A stretch of 64,000 nucleotides of DNA from Ranitomeya imitator (GCF_032444005.1 NC_091288.1:201686001-201750000); one strand, 5' to 3'; counted from the first letter of the stretch, positions 14,540-28,966 are shown. A program made the numbers and translations. The notes: a model not told the origin generated them from the letters alone.

Positions 14540-15070
14540 TTTCAGCACTGGGCACTTAGTGCACTATACCGCAAACCGCAGTATCACAGTATGCAGCACT
14601 ATATGGGGGTACAAAGAACTTCAGAAAGATACATTACTATATAGAGGTGATTATTTCTACATGGAAGGTTTCCAGCTGTATGTGGGGATTTCTGCATTAC
14701 AGGGGGCATAGAGCGGTATACAGATGTGCACTGCACTGTTATATGGAGGTATACAGAATTACACGGGGTTCCCAGCACCATCTGGAGATATGACTGCGCT
14801 ATATGGAGTGTAACATGTCGGCGCTGCACTGTAACTGCATAATGTGGCACAATCATTTGTCAGTAAGTTGCAGTATATGGGGGTACTCTGCACTATACAG
14901 ATGAATAACAGCACTATATTGGAGTATACTGCAGCACATGAAGGGTAAACAGAGCTACATGAACACATAGAGCACTATATGAGGGTGCACTGCGGTATAT
15001 GGCGCTTCACAGCACTATTTAGATGTATTCAGCATTATACGTGTTTTACAGCGCTATATGGAGGGTGCTG
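14540..15070. repeat. Degenerate dispersed GC[A/G]CTATATGG-type motif repeats in the H4-H2B spacer
   Basis: About 8 imperfect copies at irregular spacing. Confidence 0.45.
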
Positions 15071-15094
15071 AAAAGCGAAATATCAGTTGGAGAA

Positions 15095-15653
<559 letters not shown>

Positions 15654-15683
15654 NNNNNTCCGTGCTCCGCTCCTCACCCCAAA

Positions 15684-15699
15684 GGCTCTTCTAAGAGCC
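15684..15699 (+). terminator. Histone 3' stem-loop of H2B
   Basis: GGCTCT TCTA AGAGCC ACCCA. Confidence 0.95.
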
Positions 15700-15966
15700 A
15701 CCCACACCCTCCCTATAAGAGCCACCCACACCCTCACTATAAGAGCCACCTGCACCCTCACTATAAGAGCCACCCGCACCCTCACTATAAGAGCCACCCG
15801 CACCCTCACTATAAGAGCCACCCGCACCCTCACTATAAGAGCCACCCGCACCCTCACTATAAGAGCCACCCGCACCCTCACTACAAGAGCCACCCGCACC
15901 CTCACTACAAGAGCCACCCACACCCTCACTATAAGAGCCACCCACACCCTCACTACAAGAGCCACC
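15692..15966 (+). repeat. 24-bp minisatellite (TAAGAGCCACCC[A/G]CACCCTCACTA), 11 full units plus a partial one, starting inside the H2B stem-loop
   Basis: AAGAGCC recurs every 24 nt from 15693 to 15957. Confidence 0.97.
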
Positions 15967-16164
15967 CTCCCCGAGGTGTCTGCTCGCTCCGCCCGGGGCT
16001 CTGCGTCTGGTGACGAGGGAGATGGTGAGAAAACCTCGGGAATAATCTGAGCATTTCTCAGTGAGTTGCTGTGTATTCAGGGACTTATCTTTAACCCCTT
16101 GCTGCACAGATATCTGCATTCTGGGGGAACATTTATGATTCCCTGTTCTCCACATGCTGTGATG

Positions 16165-16380
16165 TTCCCGTGTGTCTGACCTGGAGACGATCAGATCGTC
16201 CCTTTCCCGTCACAATCCGTATTGTGCAGACGATATACTGGTCAGGGACGTATCCTACAAGAGACGGTTCAGGGAAGACCAATTCTGCCCTTCCCAGCAG
16301 ATCCCACCATGTCTCCCCATTATCGATCAGTCCTACGGCTGCAGGCAGGAGGTCTGTGATGGGAAATGTAGGATCATGTG
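16165..16380 (-). mobile_element. Degenerate LINE remnant (probably L1/Tx1 ORF2 C-terminal part), copy 1
   Basis: Aligns by eye with 23630-23890. Confidence 0.4.
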
Positions 16381-18300
16381 TAGAAGATTGCGGAGTGTCC
16401 CTGCTCAGAACATTACCCTGTGGTGTCAGGATCTCACAGGTCAGGCAGTTACATTATCGGCCGTCACATCCTCCTCACAGGATTCCTGCTCAGTTACTGA
16501 TCGTCCTTCTGTTCTATCACTTTTCCTCCCCCGCTTCATCCAGCTCTCGGGCAATATATCCACTGTAGAAGCTCCGAGAATGAAGAGGGGAACAACGAAT
16601 CGTAGGAGAAATATCCCAATATAATCGCAGGATAAGATCCTCTAGCACCAGATGTAATGATGTATAAGGAATGTCATAGATCTCGGAGGAGACTGTTCAG
16701 GGTGACAAACGGAGAAGCTAAAAACAAGAGTCAGACCCAAACATCAATCATCCTCAGCAAAAATGAAAATAGTGGGTCCATCAATGATCGGGTGCCACCA
16801 TTTGCCCGGAAAGCAAAGGGTTAATATAACATGAGATAAAATCACTGCAGTGCAGAGAGCTCCGATCACAAATCTGACTGTAAGATGCCAAGTACTGGTG
16901 ACTCCCATCACAGCACAAATGTCACTAATGCCGGGAATATAAGGACTGAGCTCCTGCAGCTGCAGAAGAGCCAAGAAAAAAGAGCAAGTGGGATCAGTCC
17001 TGGGGTTAATGGAATGTTCTCTGTGAAAACCGAAGATCCTGAGGACGGGGCCGGTGTCAGATCCCCTGTGCGGCAGCCTGTAATATCAGCAGTGGTCACA
17101 GCCTGGGCAGTGTCCGTTATATCCTCCTGACATATACTGGGGCGGTGTCACCTCCCATTACTATTTTTGATCTCCCGTCATTCATCTTGGAACTGGTTCC
17201 GCTGACGTCGGTGGATGCGGTTTCTTCATATTGATCTATAAAATATAACACGGATTTACAGGGAAATGGGCTGTACAGTAATATTCTCCTGATCAGATCC
17301 GTGTGGGGTGAATAGGGCAGCGAATATTCACAGGGAATGTGGCTGTATGAGGCAGCTGGATAGATGGACGCCCTGTGTACCGGGTACGGAGACTCCTGTG
17401 TGATGACCACGTCCTGGACTAATGTTTCGGATGGATGGCGCCTATGAAGGTTATTATAACCTCCCCAGAGTAATAATGGCGACCGATCCCCGCCCGTGTT
17501 TGGGGGCAGACAGCTGGGAGGACAGGACCCGGTATTATCAGCGATCGCCGCTCCAGCAGAGGGGCCGGTAATAATCCGACGGACGAAGAACAGAGATTGA
17601 GCGGGAAATTCAAAACCAGCAACGGATCTGTAATCAGCCAATGAGCGAGAGACATCCGCAGGCGCCGACCAATCCCAGATACAGGAATATCCGCCTCCAT
17701 TTAACTCCTTAGTGTCCGTGTGTGCTGACCCCCCCACTACACACTCGCTTTATTATTACAGAAGCGGCGACTTCCCCCACCCTAGACCCGGCAGCGTCAC
17801 ATCAGGCTCCGGGCAGAACATAGGAGACTTGTCTCAGTCAGGCTGTGATAGGATCAGCGCGGACACCACAGGGAATCTGCACAGGGTAATAAGCGGGTGA
17901 GTGAGGAGCCGCCTCCTGTGCAGATGGAGCGGAGGAGAAGCACTGACAGGGATTAACCCCTCACCCGCCAGACTGTCTTTGCAATTTATGGCTGATAGTA
18001 GACACAAATTCAACAGGTGCAAACTACAAATCAACAGAATATTTCTGCATTTCCTTCTGCTCCAAGAAAAATATCTGTTTTCACCCCTTATCTAGTCTGT
18101 TCAAAACAAACGTTTTCTATTGGTTGAGAAACTAATTTGAGCAAGGAGCAGTAATAAGCTCCGCCCTCGGCCGCTCATTGGCGGGTCCTCATGACTCTTC
18201 CCGATTGGCAGCTTCAGATCCATCCAATGACAGGAGAGGAGGCGGAGCAACAGGACTATATAAGGCCACACAGCACAGTCTCTTCGCCACAAGATTTTAG

Positions 18301-18714
<414 letters not shown>

Positions 18715-18743
18715 GCGCTGCCGCCAATCTCTACAAAACCAAA

Positions 18744-18759
18744 GGCTCTTCTAAGAGCC
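18744..18759 (+). terminator. Histone 3' stem-loop of H2A
   Basis: GGCTCTTCTAAGAGCC ACCCA; HDE-like AAGAGCC at 18777. Confidence 0.95.
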
Positions 18760-19605
18760 ACCCACACCGTCACCACAAGAGCCGGCGCCGCCTATCTCGG
18801 GGGTCCTCGCATGAGGCTGATGGTACATACACCATTGCCGCCATTGTTGGTGCACATATCCACAGAATAATAGGAGATGAATCCCACATGAAGTCTCAGA
18901 CCCCTCAGGTGGGAGTGTCGTCTGCCAAGCTCGCAGGAAATGTCCCCTCCTTAGTGTCTGATACTCCGCGGTGAGGTCTACATGTAGTTAGCAGGTCCCG
19001 GAGTATCGGGACCGGGCGGGTGATTCTCCTCCACATCAGTGACGGCGCCTTCTCTCGGAGGACGATCCCGTGTGCGGCGGCTCTGGAGGACAGGACTCCG
19101 CGCTGTTCCGGGTGTGACCGGATTGTGATCTCAGCTATCGGCAGTGACCGGTAATAATCCTCCAGAGATTATGAGCGGAAAACTCAATGGATCATGTGAT
19201 AAGACAATGAGCGGGCAACCTTGGTGACGCTCAGCCTTTATTGATGTACATAGACGTCTCTCCTTTCCCGTTTAACTCCTTACTTGCCATTTTTGCAGCT
19301 GATACCAGAGTATCCACAGATGCGGCACCTTCACCTCAGGCCCCAGAAACGATGTGTCCCCTATACAGCACACAATGTATACACTTTACCCTGTCCTTAT
19401 AAAACGTCAGTCATGTAATTGATGTCGCACTTTTGGACTTGGTGAGAATAAAGGATGCGCGGAGCGGTAACTGGAATATCGCTGATCACCTACAATATCG
19501 GACACAGCAGCCGGCTATTACCTTTCCTGAACGCGCTCCGTATATGGAGAATACGCGCAGAAGAGAGACCGTTCAGGACTCGGCTCATTTGTGGGAGGAT
19601 TTGGT

Positions 19606-19621
19606 GGCTCTGAAAAGAGCC
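19606..19621 (-). terminator. Histone 3' stem-loop of H3 (minus copy)
   Basis: GGCTCTGAAAAGAGCC on + is the reverse complement of the canonical stem-loop. Confidence 0.97.
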
Positions 19622-19650
19622 TTTGTGTTGTGGTCGCAGCCGGGGCAGAT

Positions 19651-20115
<465 letters not shown>

Positions 20116-20357
20116 TTATGCTCCTCTGCTCCTAGTCACGCTCCATGTGGACACGCCCCCTGCATGCCATTGGCTAGTTCATAAAATAACATGAGCCCGC
20201 CAAAACCGTGTGATGTCCGCGACCAATCACTATTCAGATGTTCAACTTCCCTCCATTAATGACACTGGACTGTCACTTGCTGCAGCCTCTCTACACCGGA
20301 GGCTCCTCACTCGCCCATGTAATATTCTATACAGTTCCCTGTGGTGTCAGCGCTGAT

Positions 20358-20895
20358 TATTACCTGGCCCTCTTCCCTCATATTGGTAGCAGGATGTTCA
20401 CTAATCGGGTCGTTTCCGCACCGTAGTCAAGGATCACACGTTCAGTATTCGGTCAGTATTTCACATCAATATTTATAAGCCAAAACCAGGAGCGGGTGAC
20501 GTGTTTCTATTATACTTTCCCTCTGATTGTTCCACTCCTGGTTTTGACTTACAAATTCTGATAGTGTGAACGTGGTGTAACGTCTTCTCTCATGATCATC
20601 ATCATCCATTGCTGGCTCGGCAGCACCATCTCTCTGGAATCTTCCATACTGGGGCTGCTGGAGGATGAAGCCGGTCATTTCCCCGCACACAGCCGGACCT
20701 AAGATCCTCAGGAGGAAGCCGCTTCTTTGTGAGTCAAGTTTTACTAAGGAAATGTAGGATCAAGTTCTATCACAAACCTCCTGCCTGTAGCTGTGGAACT
20801 GATCTCTACCTAAGTTATAGGAATAAACTACTGGGGAGATGATCGAGAACATGGTCTACTCGGTAACGTAGATTAATTAGTCTGCCCCGAAAATG
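20358..20895 (+). mobile_element. Degenerate LINE remnant, copy 2 (inverted relative to copies 1 and 3), interrupted by a short MITE piece at about 20425-20570
   Basis: Aligns with the reverse complement of 23744-24116. Confidence 0.5.
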
Positions 20896-21580
20896 TTGAT
20901 AAATTCCCCTAATCAGAGACTCCTGTATGGAAGGAAGACAAGAGACCATTAATCGCTCATCATCCTGAGACCACGTGTTACATAAGGACACTGCACAAGG
21001 AGAAACCTTAACCCTTAGATCCCAGTCAGCCTCTCACCCAGTCAAATCATCTCAATTTGTACTGAGGGGCAATACCCCCAAAAAAACGCGTCTACAAATT
21101 GAGTTTCTGGTTTCGCGGTTATCCCAAATCATATTTCAAGGTTCGTTAGTCGATAATGACGTGTAGGATTGTTACTTCCAGTAGGTGGCACTAGTGTACA
21201 AGTCATCTTCCTCTGAGTTTGTACATGAAGACAAAGAAGAGCCGGAGAGGACAGCTGACATTAACTGCTAAATCCGGCCAGTGTTAACCCATCAGCGACA
21301 CCATGTCTCACAACTATGTCACTTCTCACTCCATAAAGGCTGCTCCGGCACCGACCACACACAACGTTTCACCAGCTCCAATACACAACGCGCTCAACCG
21401 GGGAAAATCAGCCTTCACTGACGAGATGGTGAAAGTTCAGAGAAAATGTGCGTGACATTGAGTCTGTACCAATCAGTGTCCGAAAAGCGAAGATCTTAGA
21501 TGTCTAACCTAGATGACAAAAAAAAATAAAGAACCAGAGCGCAGGAATAGGAAGGTGCAGCCTCTCACTGAGATGTGGGT

Positions 21581-21596
21581 GGCTCTGAAAAGAGCC
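21581..21596 (-). terminator. Histone 3' stem-loop of H4 (minus copy)
   Basis: GGCTCTGAAAAGAGCC on +. Confidence 0.97.
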
Positions 21597-21626
21597 TTTG
21601 GGTTGTGAGGACAGAAGAGAACACAA

Positions 21627-21947
<321 letters not shown>

Positions 21948-23071
21948 TCAATGAGCAAAAACTGATTCCTGAGCCTCAGGGACTGCACCTTTATATGGAG
22001 GAAGAATGGACCAGAGAGAGAACTGCAGAGATGACGCGTCCCAGGGCGGGGCTTATGGAATTTACATTAGCCACTCCCTTCTTCTGCTGATTGGCTGAAC
22101 ACAGATCCATTGGAAAGTTTGATTTCCAGCCCATTGTCCAGGTTTTGCAATTCTTTACAGCTCTTAATGTAATTATGTAACGTCTTCAGTGAAGAGAAGT
22201 ATCCCAAATACAGTCTATAGAAAAAAATCCACGGAAGACAAATGTCTTAAGTCTCCACCTTTCCAGATCACGGTGAAGTGATGCAATAAATTGTTATAAT
22301 ATGGAGAAGAGACTGCAACAAATCAAACACAATCACCAATCCGAGGATCATGGGTTTATGATCAAAGAAATCACTGAGTGCAGTGCGCTTCAATACAAGT
22401 TAACCAGATCACTGCAAAAAATGCTGCAGAGCATTGCAATAATCAACCTATGACCCTTACAAGTATGTTGACCCACAACAGTTCTCTCATAACCATCACT
22501 ATATTTTCAGTGAGTAGACCTAGAGGTCAGGGCTGTGCAACTACAGGGACTTTTAGGCTGAAGTCACATTAGGGTATAGTATCAGATGTGATAATGGAAC
22601 TGGGCTCCGCTATGCTCCTGAGCAGTGTCATGCTGCTGTGCCTCCATCCTCTGGAAGTGTAGCACAGGTGTGGAGAGGAGAAAGTAGTGTCTCCATTGCC
22701 ATTATCCATAGTAATCACACTGAACTCGGATGACATCCAAGTGCAGTCCCATGTTCCGCAGGAGCCATAGACTTGTTTGGGTGGGTGTGATCTGATTCTC
22801 AGATTCATTCGCAGCATGCTGAAATGGTTCTCTAATGCCGAATCGTAATTAGACAATAATCGCAGATCTGAGCTGCCCTATAGAATAGCACAGATCTGAA
22901 AGTAATGTTTTATTGCATAACACTCAGCATTTATATGCCAGTGTGAGCGAGACCCTATTTCACTACTACCATCCATAAACAGAGGTAACATACCGCTGTG
23001 ATCCGGTACAGCAGGCTCTAGCGGTGTAATAAACCAGACAGTACAGCTGCTGCTCTCATCACACTATATAG

Positions 23072-23255
23072 CAGGGGTGGCAAACTGCATTCCTCGAGGG
23101 CTGCAAACAGGTCATGTTTTCAGGATTTCCTTGCATTGCACAGGTGATAATTTAATCACCTGCAGAGAATGATTCCAGCACCTTGTGCAATGCTAAGGAA
23201 ATCTTGAAATCACTCATGGTTTGAGGCCCTCGAGGAATGCAGTTTGACACCCCTG
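23072..23255. mobile_element. hAT-type MITE
   Basis: CAGGGGT...ACCCCTG termini; 8-bp TSD CTATATAG/CTATACAG. Confidence 0.8.
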
Positions 23256-23629
23256 CTATACAGTACACAGAACATTACTGGGGAGGTAAAAAAAAAGTTC
23301 ACTATAGCTGTGGAGAAAGGCGGCTGAGAGCAGTGATACTAAAGGGTTAACACTGATCAGATGTTGTGGTTAATATAATCTGCTGTATGTGGGCGGTGCT
23401 ATTATTCTATAACTTAACGCTGATTGGCTAACGGATCTGATTCTGTTCTTTGTCTTCATGCAGCTCCAGCTCTGAGGATGATGAGTGATTAAAGGTCTCT
23501 TGCCTTCCATCCATACAGAAGACTCTGGGTTTCTCTGATTATTGGAGCACTATCCACTATCTGCACTACAAGGCCCGGTGACTCTGATCACCAGATATTG
23601 AGAGGACCCCATTTTCCGCATACTGGGAT

Positions 23630-24116
23630 AGGCCCCGTGTGTTTGACCTAGAGACGGTTACATTACATTTTTTGGCAGATTTTATCACAATCAGTATTTT
23701 GGGTGATATACTGGCCAGGGAAATATCCTAAAAGCCACATTTCGGGGCAGACTAATTCATCTACTTTACTGAGAAGATCCCTCCATATTTTCCCGATCAC
23801 CTTCCCACAAGTTTATTCCTGTAGCCTAGGTAGAGATTAATTCCACAGCTACAGGCAGCAGGATTGTGATAGGAAATGTACGATCATGTTCTCAGTAAAC
23901 CCTGAGCCATGAATAAGCGGCTTCCTACTGAGGAGCTTATATCTGGCTGTGTGCAAGGAGGTGAGCAGCTTTATCCACTGGGAGTATGAAAGATCGCTGA
24001 GAGAGTAGTCCTGCCAAGCCAGCAAGAGATGATGAGAGGAGTAGTAAGATGCGATAACGACCTTGGAGATTAGTGAATAGCCTGCTACCGATATGGGGGA
24101 AGAGGCGCAGGTAATA
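23630..24116 (-). mobile_element. Degenerate LINE remnant, copy 3 (probably L1/Tx1 ORF2)
   Basis: Broken minus-strand translation ...LLLAWQD...LLSRKPLIHG... resembles the Tx1 ORF2 C-terminal region (recalled similarity). Confidence 0.4.
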
Positions 24117-24866
24117 ACAGCAGGAGATGGCTGTATAAAAAGCATCAAACACATATGGAGCCGGCAGAGAAGGGTTTAATATAATAAAGGCAACAAAGAT
24201 CACATTACTCCAGATAAATCACATCCGCTCAGCCCAATATAAACACTCTGCATGCTGGTTTACAGCAGGTTAATCTAATGCAGACAACTCCTTATGGGAC
24301 AAGATCTTGCAGTGAAGACAGTGTCATTCCACCAGAAGCGTCAGGACATAAAGGGAACCGGTCACCAGGAATAATGCTGTTAACCTGCAGATTAACCCCA
24401 TATTTGCAGGTTAATAGCGCTACGATGCTGTCCGTCGCCTGTTCGCAACCCAATTCAGCGGGGGAGAAAAGCATCTTTATTCTCTGCACCAGCATTTGGT
24501 ATTCAGTCATAGGGGCGGTGGTGGCGCTGGTTTAGTCATGCTCTGAGCATACACAGTGGCCACTGTAACCGCGACCATGGCACTGACTGACAGTCGCCCG
24601 CAATGCCGGTTGCAGCCGCTGCTCTGTATACTCGGTGACCGAACAAGTGCCAGCCCCACCCCCATGACTGAATGCTGGTGGGAAGAATAAAGATCATTTT
24701 CTCCTCGCTGTATTCGGCCGCGTGCAGGCACCGGGCAGCATTATAATGTTGTTAACCGGCAGATATGGGGTTAATCTGCAGGTTAACAGCGTTATTTCTT
24801 CTAACAGGTTCTCTTAAGGTATGAAAATATATATGACAAGTCCTCAGATCTCAGAAATCTTCATTG

Positions 24867-25009
24867 TCACGACCCCTGTCTAACACTGTCCAGGATCTGC
24901 TGAGCAATGCTTGTGATGGAGGCGTACACTGCACTCTGGGGAAACTCTCGAATAAAGTCTTTGCCCTCTTCTAGACTTTGGGTCAGAATGGGATCAAGCG
25001 GGACACATC
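24867..25009 (-). CDS. NUBP2: NUBP2 exon 7 (last coding exon)
   Basis: (G)CVPLDPILTQSLEEGKDFIREFPQS...GS*; acceptor ccttccag. Confidence 0.93.
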
Positions 25010-25322
25010 CTGGAAGGAGAGATGATGTATTATTAGAAAATGATTTTTGAAAAGTGAGCAACAGTGGGCTGCTTGCTGTAATTTTACTAAAAACCTGGCA
25101 ACAGATTACCTCTAAGTATATAACCAAAAAAAAAAAAACATCCGCACACTGCTGTGAAAAATTTTATGGCAGATATTGCAAAAAAATGCTGCAAAGAACG
25201 ATTTAACAAAGTAGAAGAGTTCATAGGTTGAATTCTGTTAACATAAAAATAACAAACAAAATAAAAACCTATATAAATTATTGGGTCTCACAACACTTTA
25301 CCTTTCTTCTCGGTAAACTTAA

Positions 25323-26023
25323 GGTACCTTCACACATAACGATATCGTTGCTATTTGTGACATAGCAACGATATCGTTAATGAAATCGTTATGTGTGACA
25401 GCGACCAAAGATCAGGCCCCTGCTGGGAGATCGTTGGTCGCTGAACAAAGTCCAGAACTTTATTTCGTCGCTGGACTCCTGCTGACATCGCTGGATCGGC
25501 GTGTGTGACACCGATCCAGCGATGTCTTCACTGGTAACCAGGGTAAACATCGGGTAACTAAGCGCAGGGCCGCGCTTAGTAACCCGATGTTTACCCTGGT
25601 TACCATCGTTAAAGTAAAAAAAAAAAAAACACTAGATACTTACCTACAGCCGTCTGTCCTCCAGCGCTGTGCTCTGCACTCCTCCTGCACTGGCTGTGAG
25701 CCGGAAAGCAGAGCGGTGACGTCACCGCTCTGCTTTCCGGCTCACAGCCAGTACAGGAGGAGAGCGGAGAAGCAGTGCGCAGCGCTGGAGGACAGACGGC
25801 TGTAGGTAAGTATCTAGTGTTTGTTTTTTTTTACTTTTAGCATGGTAACCAGGGTAAACATCAGGTTACTAAGCGCGGCCCTGCGCTTAGTTACCCGATG
25901 TTTACCCTGGTTACCGGCATCGTTGGTCGCTGGAGAGCGGTCTGTGTGACAGCTCTCCAGCGACCAAACAGCGATCCGGATCGTTGTCGGTATCGCTGCA
26001 GCGTCGCTTAATGTGAAGGGGCC
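25323..26023. mobile_element. Palindromic TTAA-type (T2/Kolobok-like) MITE
   Basis: GGTACCTTCACAC...GTGAAGGGGCC termini; related copy at 47671-48413. Confidence 0.7.
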
Positions 26024-26029
26024 TTTACA

Positions 26030-26245
26030 CACAGTTTTTAAAAGGAACTCAGCAGGGAGGTTGTTCCAAACATCTTGGAGAACTAATCACCCATTGTCAG
26101 TGGATGAAGCTTGTGCAAATCCTTCTGTCCCTTCATGTAATACCAGACACACTCTGATGTTGAGATCAGGGCTTATTGATTTTGAGATCATCACTTCCAG
26201 AACTTCTACCTCTTCTTTCATATCCCAGTTCATACACTTTTGCAA
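26030..26245 (-). mobile_element. Tc1 transposase C-terminal remnant
   Basis: ...EVLEVM...SPDLNI... and LVLQDVWNNLPAEFL across frameshifts. Confidence 0.7.
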
Positions 26246-26929
26246 GAACGAGAACAGCAAACAAGATACAAGGTAGTTATACTGCATCAGCAGGGTCTCC
26301 CATAAATACATGTAAAAACATGTATTTATCCCAATCCCAATGGATATTTTCCTTAGACAGTTTACACCCTAAGGGGTTAAACTGCGAACTTGAATTATAT
26401 GCACTCTGATAAACACGAGGTGATACCTAACAGTTTATCGTCATTTTGACTATTAAGTCCCCCCCACCCTTTAAGTATTAAATATGGAGTACGGAATGTA
26501 TTGTGGTTGCAATGAGCCTGTAATCAGACTTCCAGGTACTCTCTTTTTAGAAAAAAAATTGAAAACATTTTTTTTAGAAAAAATTCAAAATAATTTTTCC
26601 AATTTTTCCTGTCTCTCATTAATGTATTAATTTATTAAGTGTGTGAATTGTCTTTTAATCAGAACGTATTTTCGTATTGTAATGTTGTAATAAATGTAGA
26701 TTTTTAATTCTAGTGAATTTTTTTTTATATTGTATTATGACTATAATACAATACACCCGAAGTCATTAGGGTGCACTACATCGTTTGTGATTGGTGTGCT
26801 AGTCCGTATAGGTTTTAGATTTTTTTCATATATATTAAATAAACATTTTTAGAAAGAGAACACATCAGTAGGAATCACATCCATTTATTAATTCATTTTA
26901 TTGCGGTGGTATAGTAAGGTGAACACAAT

Positions 26930-27410
26930 GATAGTGGAGTGTGGCAGTTAAGTTCAATCTATGGCCAGGATGGGGCTCTCAGCGGGGTGCCTGCAGAAGC
27001 GCTTATATACGGAGCAAGTTACGTGGGGTGGTGACCCTGATGAAGGAGTGCGTTACACTCCGAAACGCGTCGGTTAGTTTTTTGTCCCAGTAAGGCTCCG
27101 TAGGCCTGCAACGTCACATGCTGCTTGACAGCGCCGGCCATCTTTCCTCAGTGTAACCAGGGACGCCTCGGGCCGGGACGTTCCCTGGCTCTGCACTGCC
27201 TAATAGCCATCTGCACTAAATGCGGCCAGCACCGGCTGACGTGCGCCCATCCTATCGCTATCTCCTGTGAGCCACCTTGTCTTCATACTTGCCGCTGATA
27301 CTGGTGAAGGGCGGCACACCACTTCCGGCACTCACCACAGGCAGCTCTACATGAACCCAGGCCGGCACACATCTGACGCGGTAAGGAATCCACCTGTAGC
27401 ATTTATAAAA
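26930..27410 (+). mobile_element. Penelope-like terminal repeat fragment (boundaries approximate)
   Basis: Carries a minimal hammerhead typical of Penelope-like element repeats. Confidence 0.5.
27032..27076 (+). ncRNA. Minimal type I hammerhead ribozyme
   Basis: UGACC CUGAUGA A GGAGUG-cguua-CACUCC GAAA CGCG UC^ GGUUA: complete core, 6-bp stem II, 5-bp stem I. Confidence 0.8.
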
Positions 27411-27759
27411 CACGCAGATACGATATATTGACTTACTGTGGCCACCACACTTATTTATTATTACAGTATATGCGCACGTTCAGTAGGCAGCGTATTATTT
27501 ATTATTATGCGAGTACACACGATTTTTATTCAGGCGTACAGTATATACCGCATCAAGCGGGCAAGGGATTCATTCATTTGTTTGTTTGTTTACGTATTAG
27601 TCAACAGTTGTACTCCAGGCACTTATAGCGCGGTATTTTACATTAAATCACTTTACTTCTACTTTGGCAGAGCAGGCACAGGCCTGCCTAAATACCTGAA
27701 GCACTTGGGCCCTTTTACAGTGTAGCGCCAGTGTGTCCTATTACTGACATGTAAAAACA

Positions 27760-28784
27760 GACCGAGGTTTCAAGATCTGATGATCAAGATCTTTTGAAGA
27801 ATCACCAAAGAAACTAACCACAATGAGGACTATAAAAACGCAGTGGATAGCCAAGGTGATTTAGTGCAACAGATGAAAGACATATCATGCTTACTTCCTT
27901 TTGCAATCAGATGCCCAGCAGTTCCATCAGCTGAAAACTGGCAGCAACCAGTGGGACCCAAGTCCACCAATCTATTATTAAGAGCAATCTGGCCAGAAGT
28001 GGTCTTAATGTATAAATCGCAGCCAAAAATCATATCTTCCACACGGAAACAAGGTAAAGAGAATCAACTATGCAAAAATACAGGAACTGGAGTGCAGAGA
28101 AATGGCAGCGGCTGCTCTGGACTAAGGAGTCACAATGTGAAATAAAGAGCATCTGCAGGTAAAAGTGAAGCATGATGGACGGCACTGGTAAGGTTGGGGC
28201 TGTAATTCAGCAAATGGAGTTGTGGATTTGGTCAGGAAGAATGGTGTCCTCAGTGCTGAGAAATACAGGCAGAAGACACTCAGGAAGAAACTTATCCATC
28301 ATGTAATACCATCAGGGAGGCGTCTGGCTCCAAATATATTCTGCAGCAGAACAACGACCAAAAACATTCAACCATTGTCATTAAGACCATGTTCGGTTTT
28401 AATAAGAACGAGGAGCTCGAGAACTAATGATAGGACCCCACAGAGTCCGGATCCCAACATCATCCAGTCTGTCTGGGATTAGATAGAGACAGAAATATAT
28501 GTACAAGCCTCATGCACAGAAGATCTGTGGTTATTTCTCCAAGATGTTTGGAACAACCTTTGTGTGGAGTTCCTTCAAAAATGGTTTGTAAGTACAAGTA
28601 CCTGGAAGAACTGATGAGCGCAAAGAGCGGTCACCAAATACTGATGGGATTTAGATTTCTCTCTTGTTCATTCATTTTGCATTTTGTTCATTGATAGAAA
28701 TAAACTACTAACACTTCTATTTGTGAAAGCTTCTTACTGTGCAGCACTTTTTCCATCCCTGCTCAAAAAGTTTGCGCAGCACTG
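27760..28784 (+). mobile_element. Decayed Tc1/mariner transposon
   Basis: Fragments VKH-G...VWGC, QQNND-KH, PQSPDPNIIQSVWD; TIR-like TTTGCGCAGCACTG at the right end. Confidence 0.8.
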
Positions 28785-28896
28785 TGTGTATAGTGTATTT
28801 TTCCCCCATATATCTCAAGAGCACTTGCATGTTTCCTACATGTCTGCACAAGAGAATGAAATATAAACAAGTCATTTTCAGGTTTTTTAAATTTAC

Positions 28897-28966
28897 CCAG
28901 AAATGGCACTCCAGCGTGTCTTGCTAACTCCTCACCGCCTCCTTTGGAAAAAACATTGGTGCACTC
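28897..28966 (-). CDS. NUBP2: NUBP2 exon 6
   Basis: ECTNVFSKGGGEELARHAGVPFL(G); AG/GT; 70 nt. Confidence 0.95.

Noticed and set aside
15659-16013. HPHPHYKS repeat as an H2B C-terminal tail
   Set aside because: Artefact of translating through N; it lies after the stem-loop
22155-22165. TTACAGCTCTT, identical to the U7 5' region
   Set aside because: No U7 Sm site or 3' hairpin follows; on the minus strand no stem-loop precedes it
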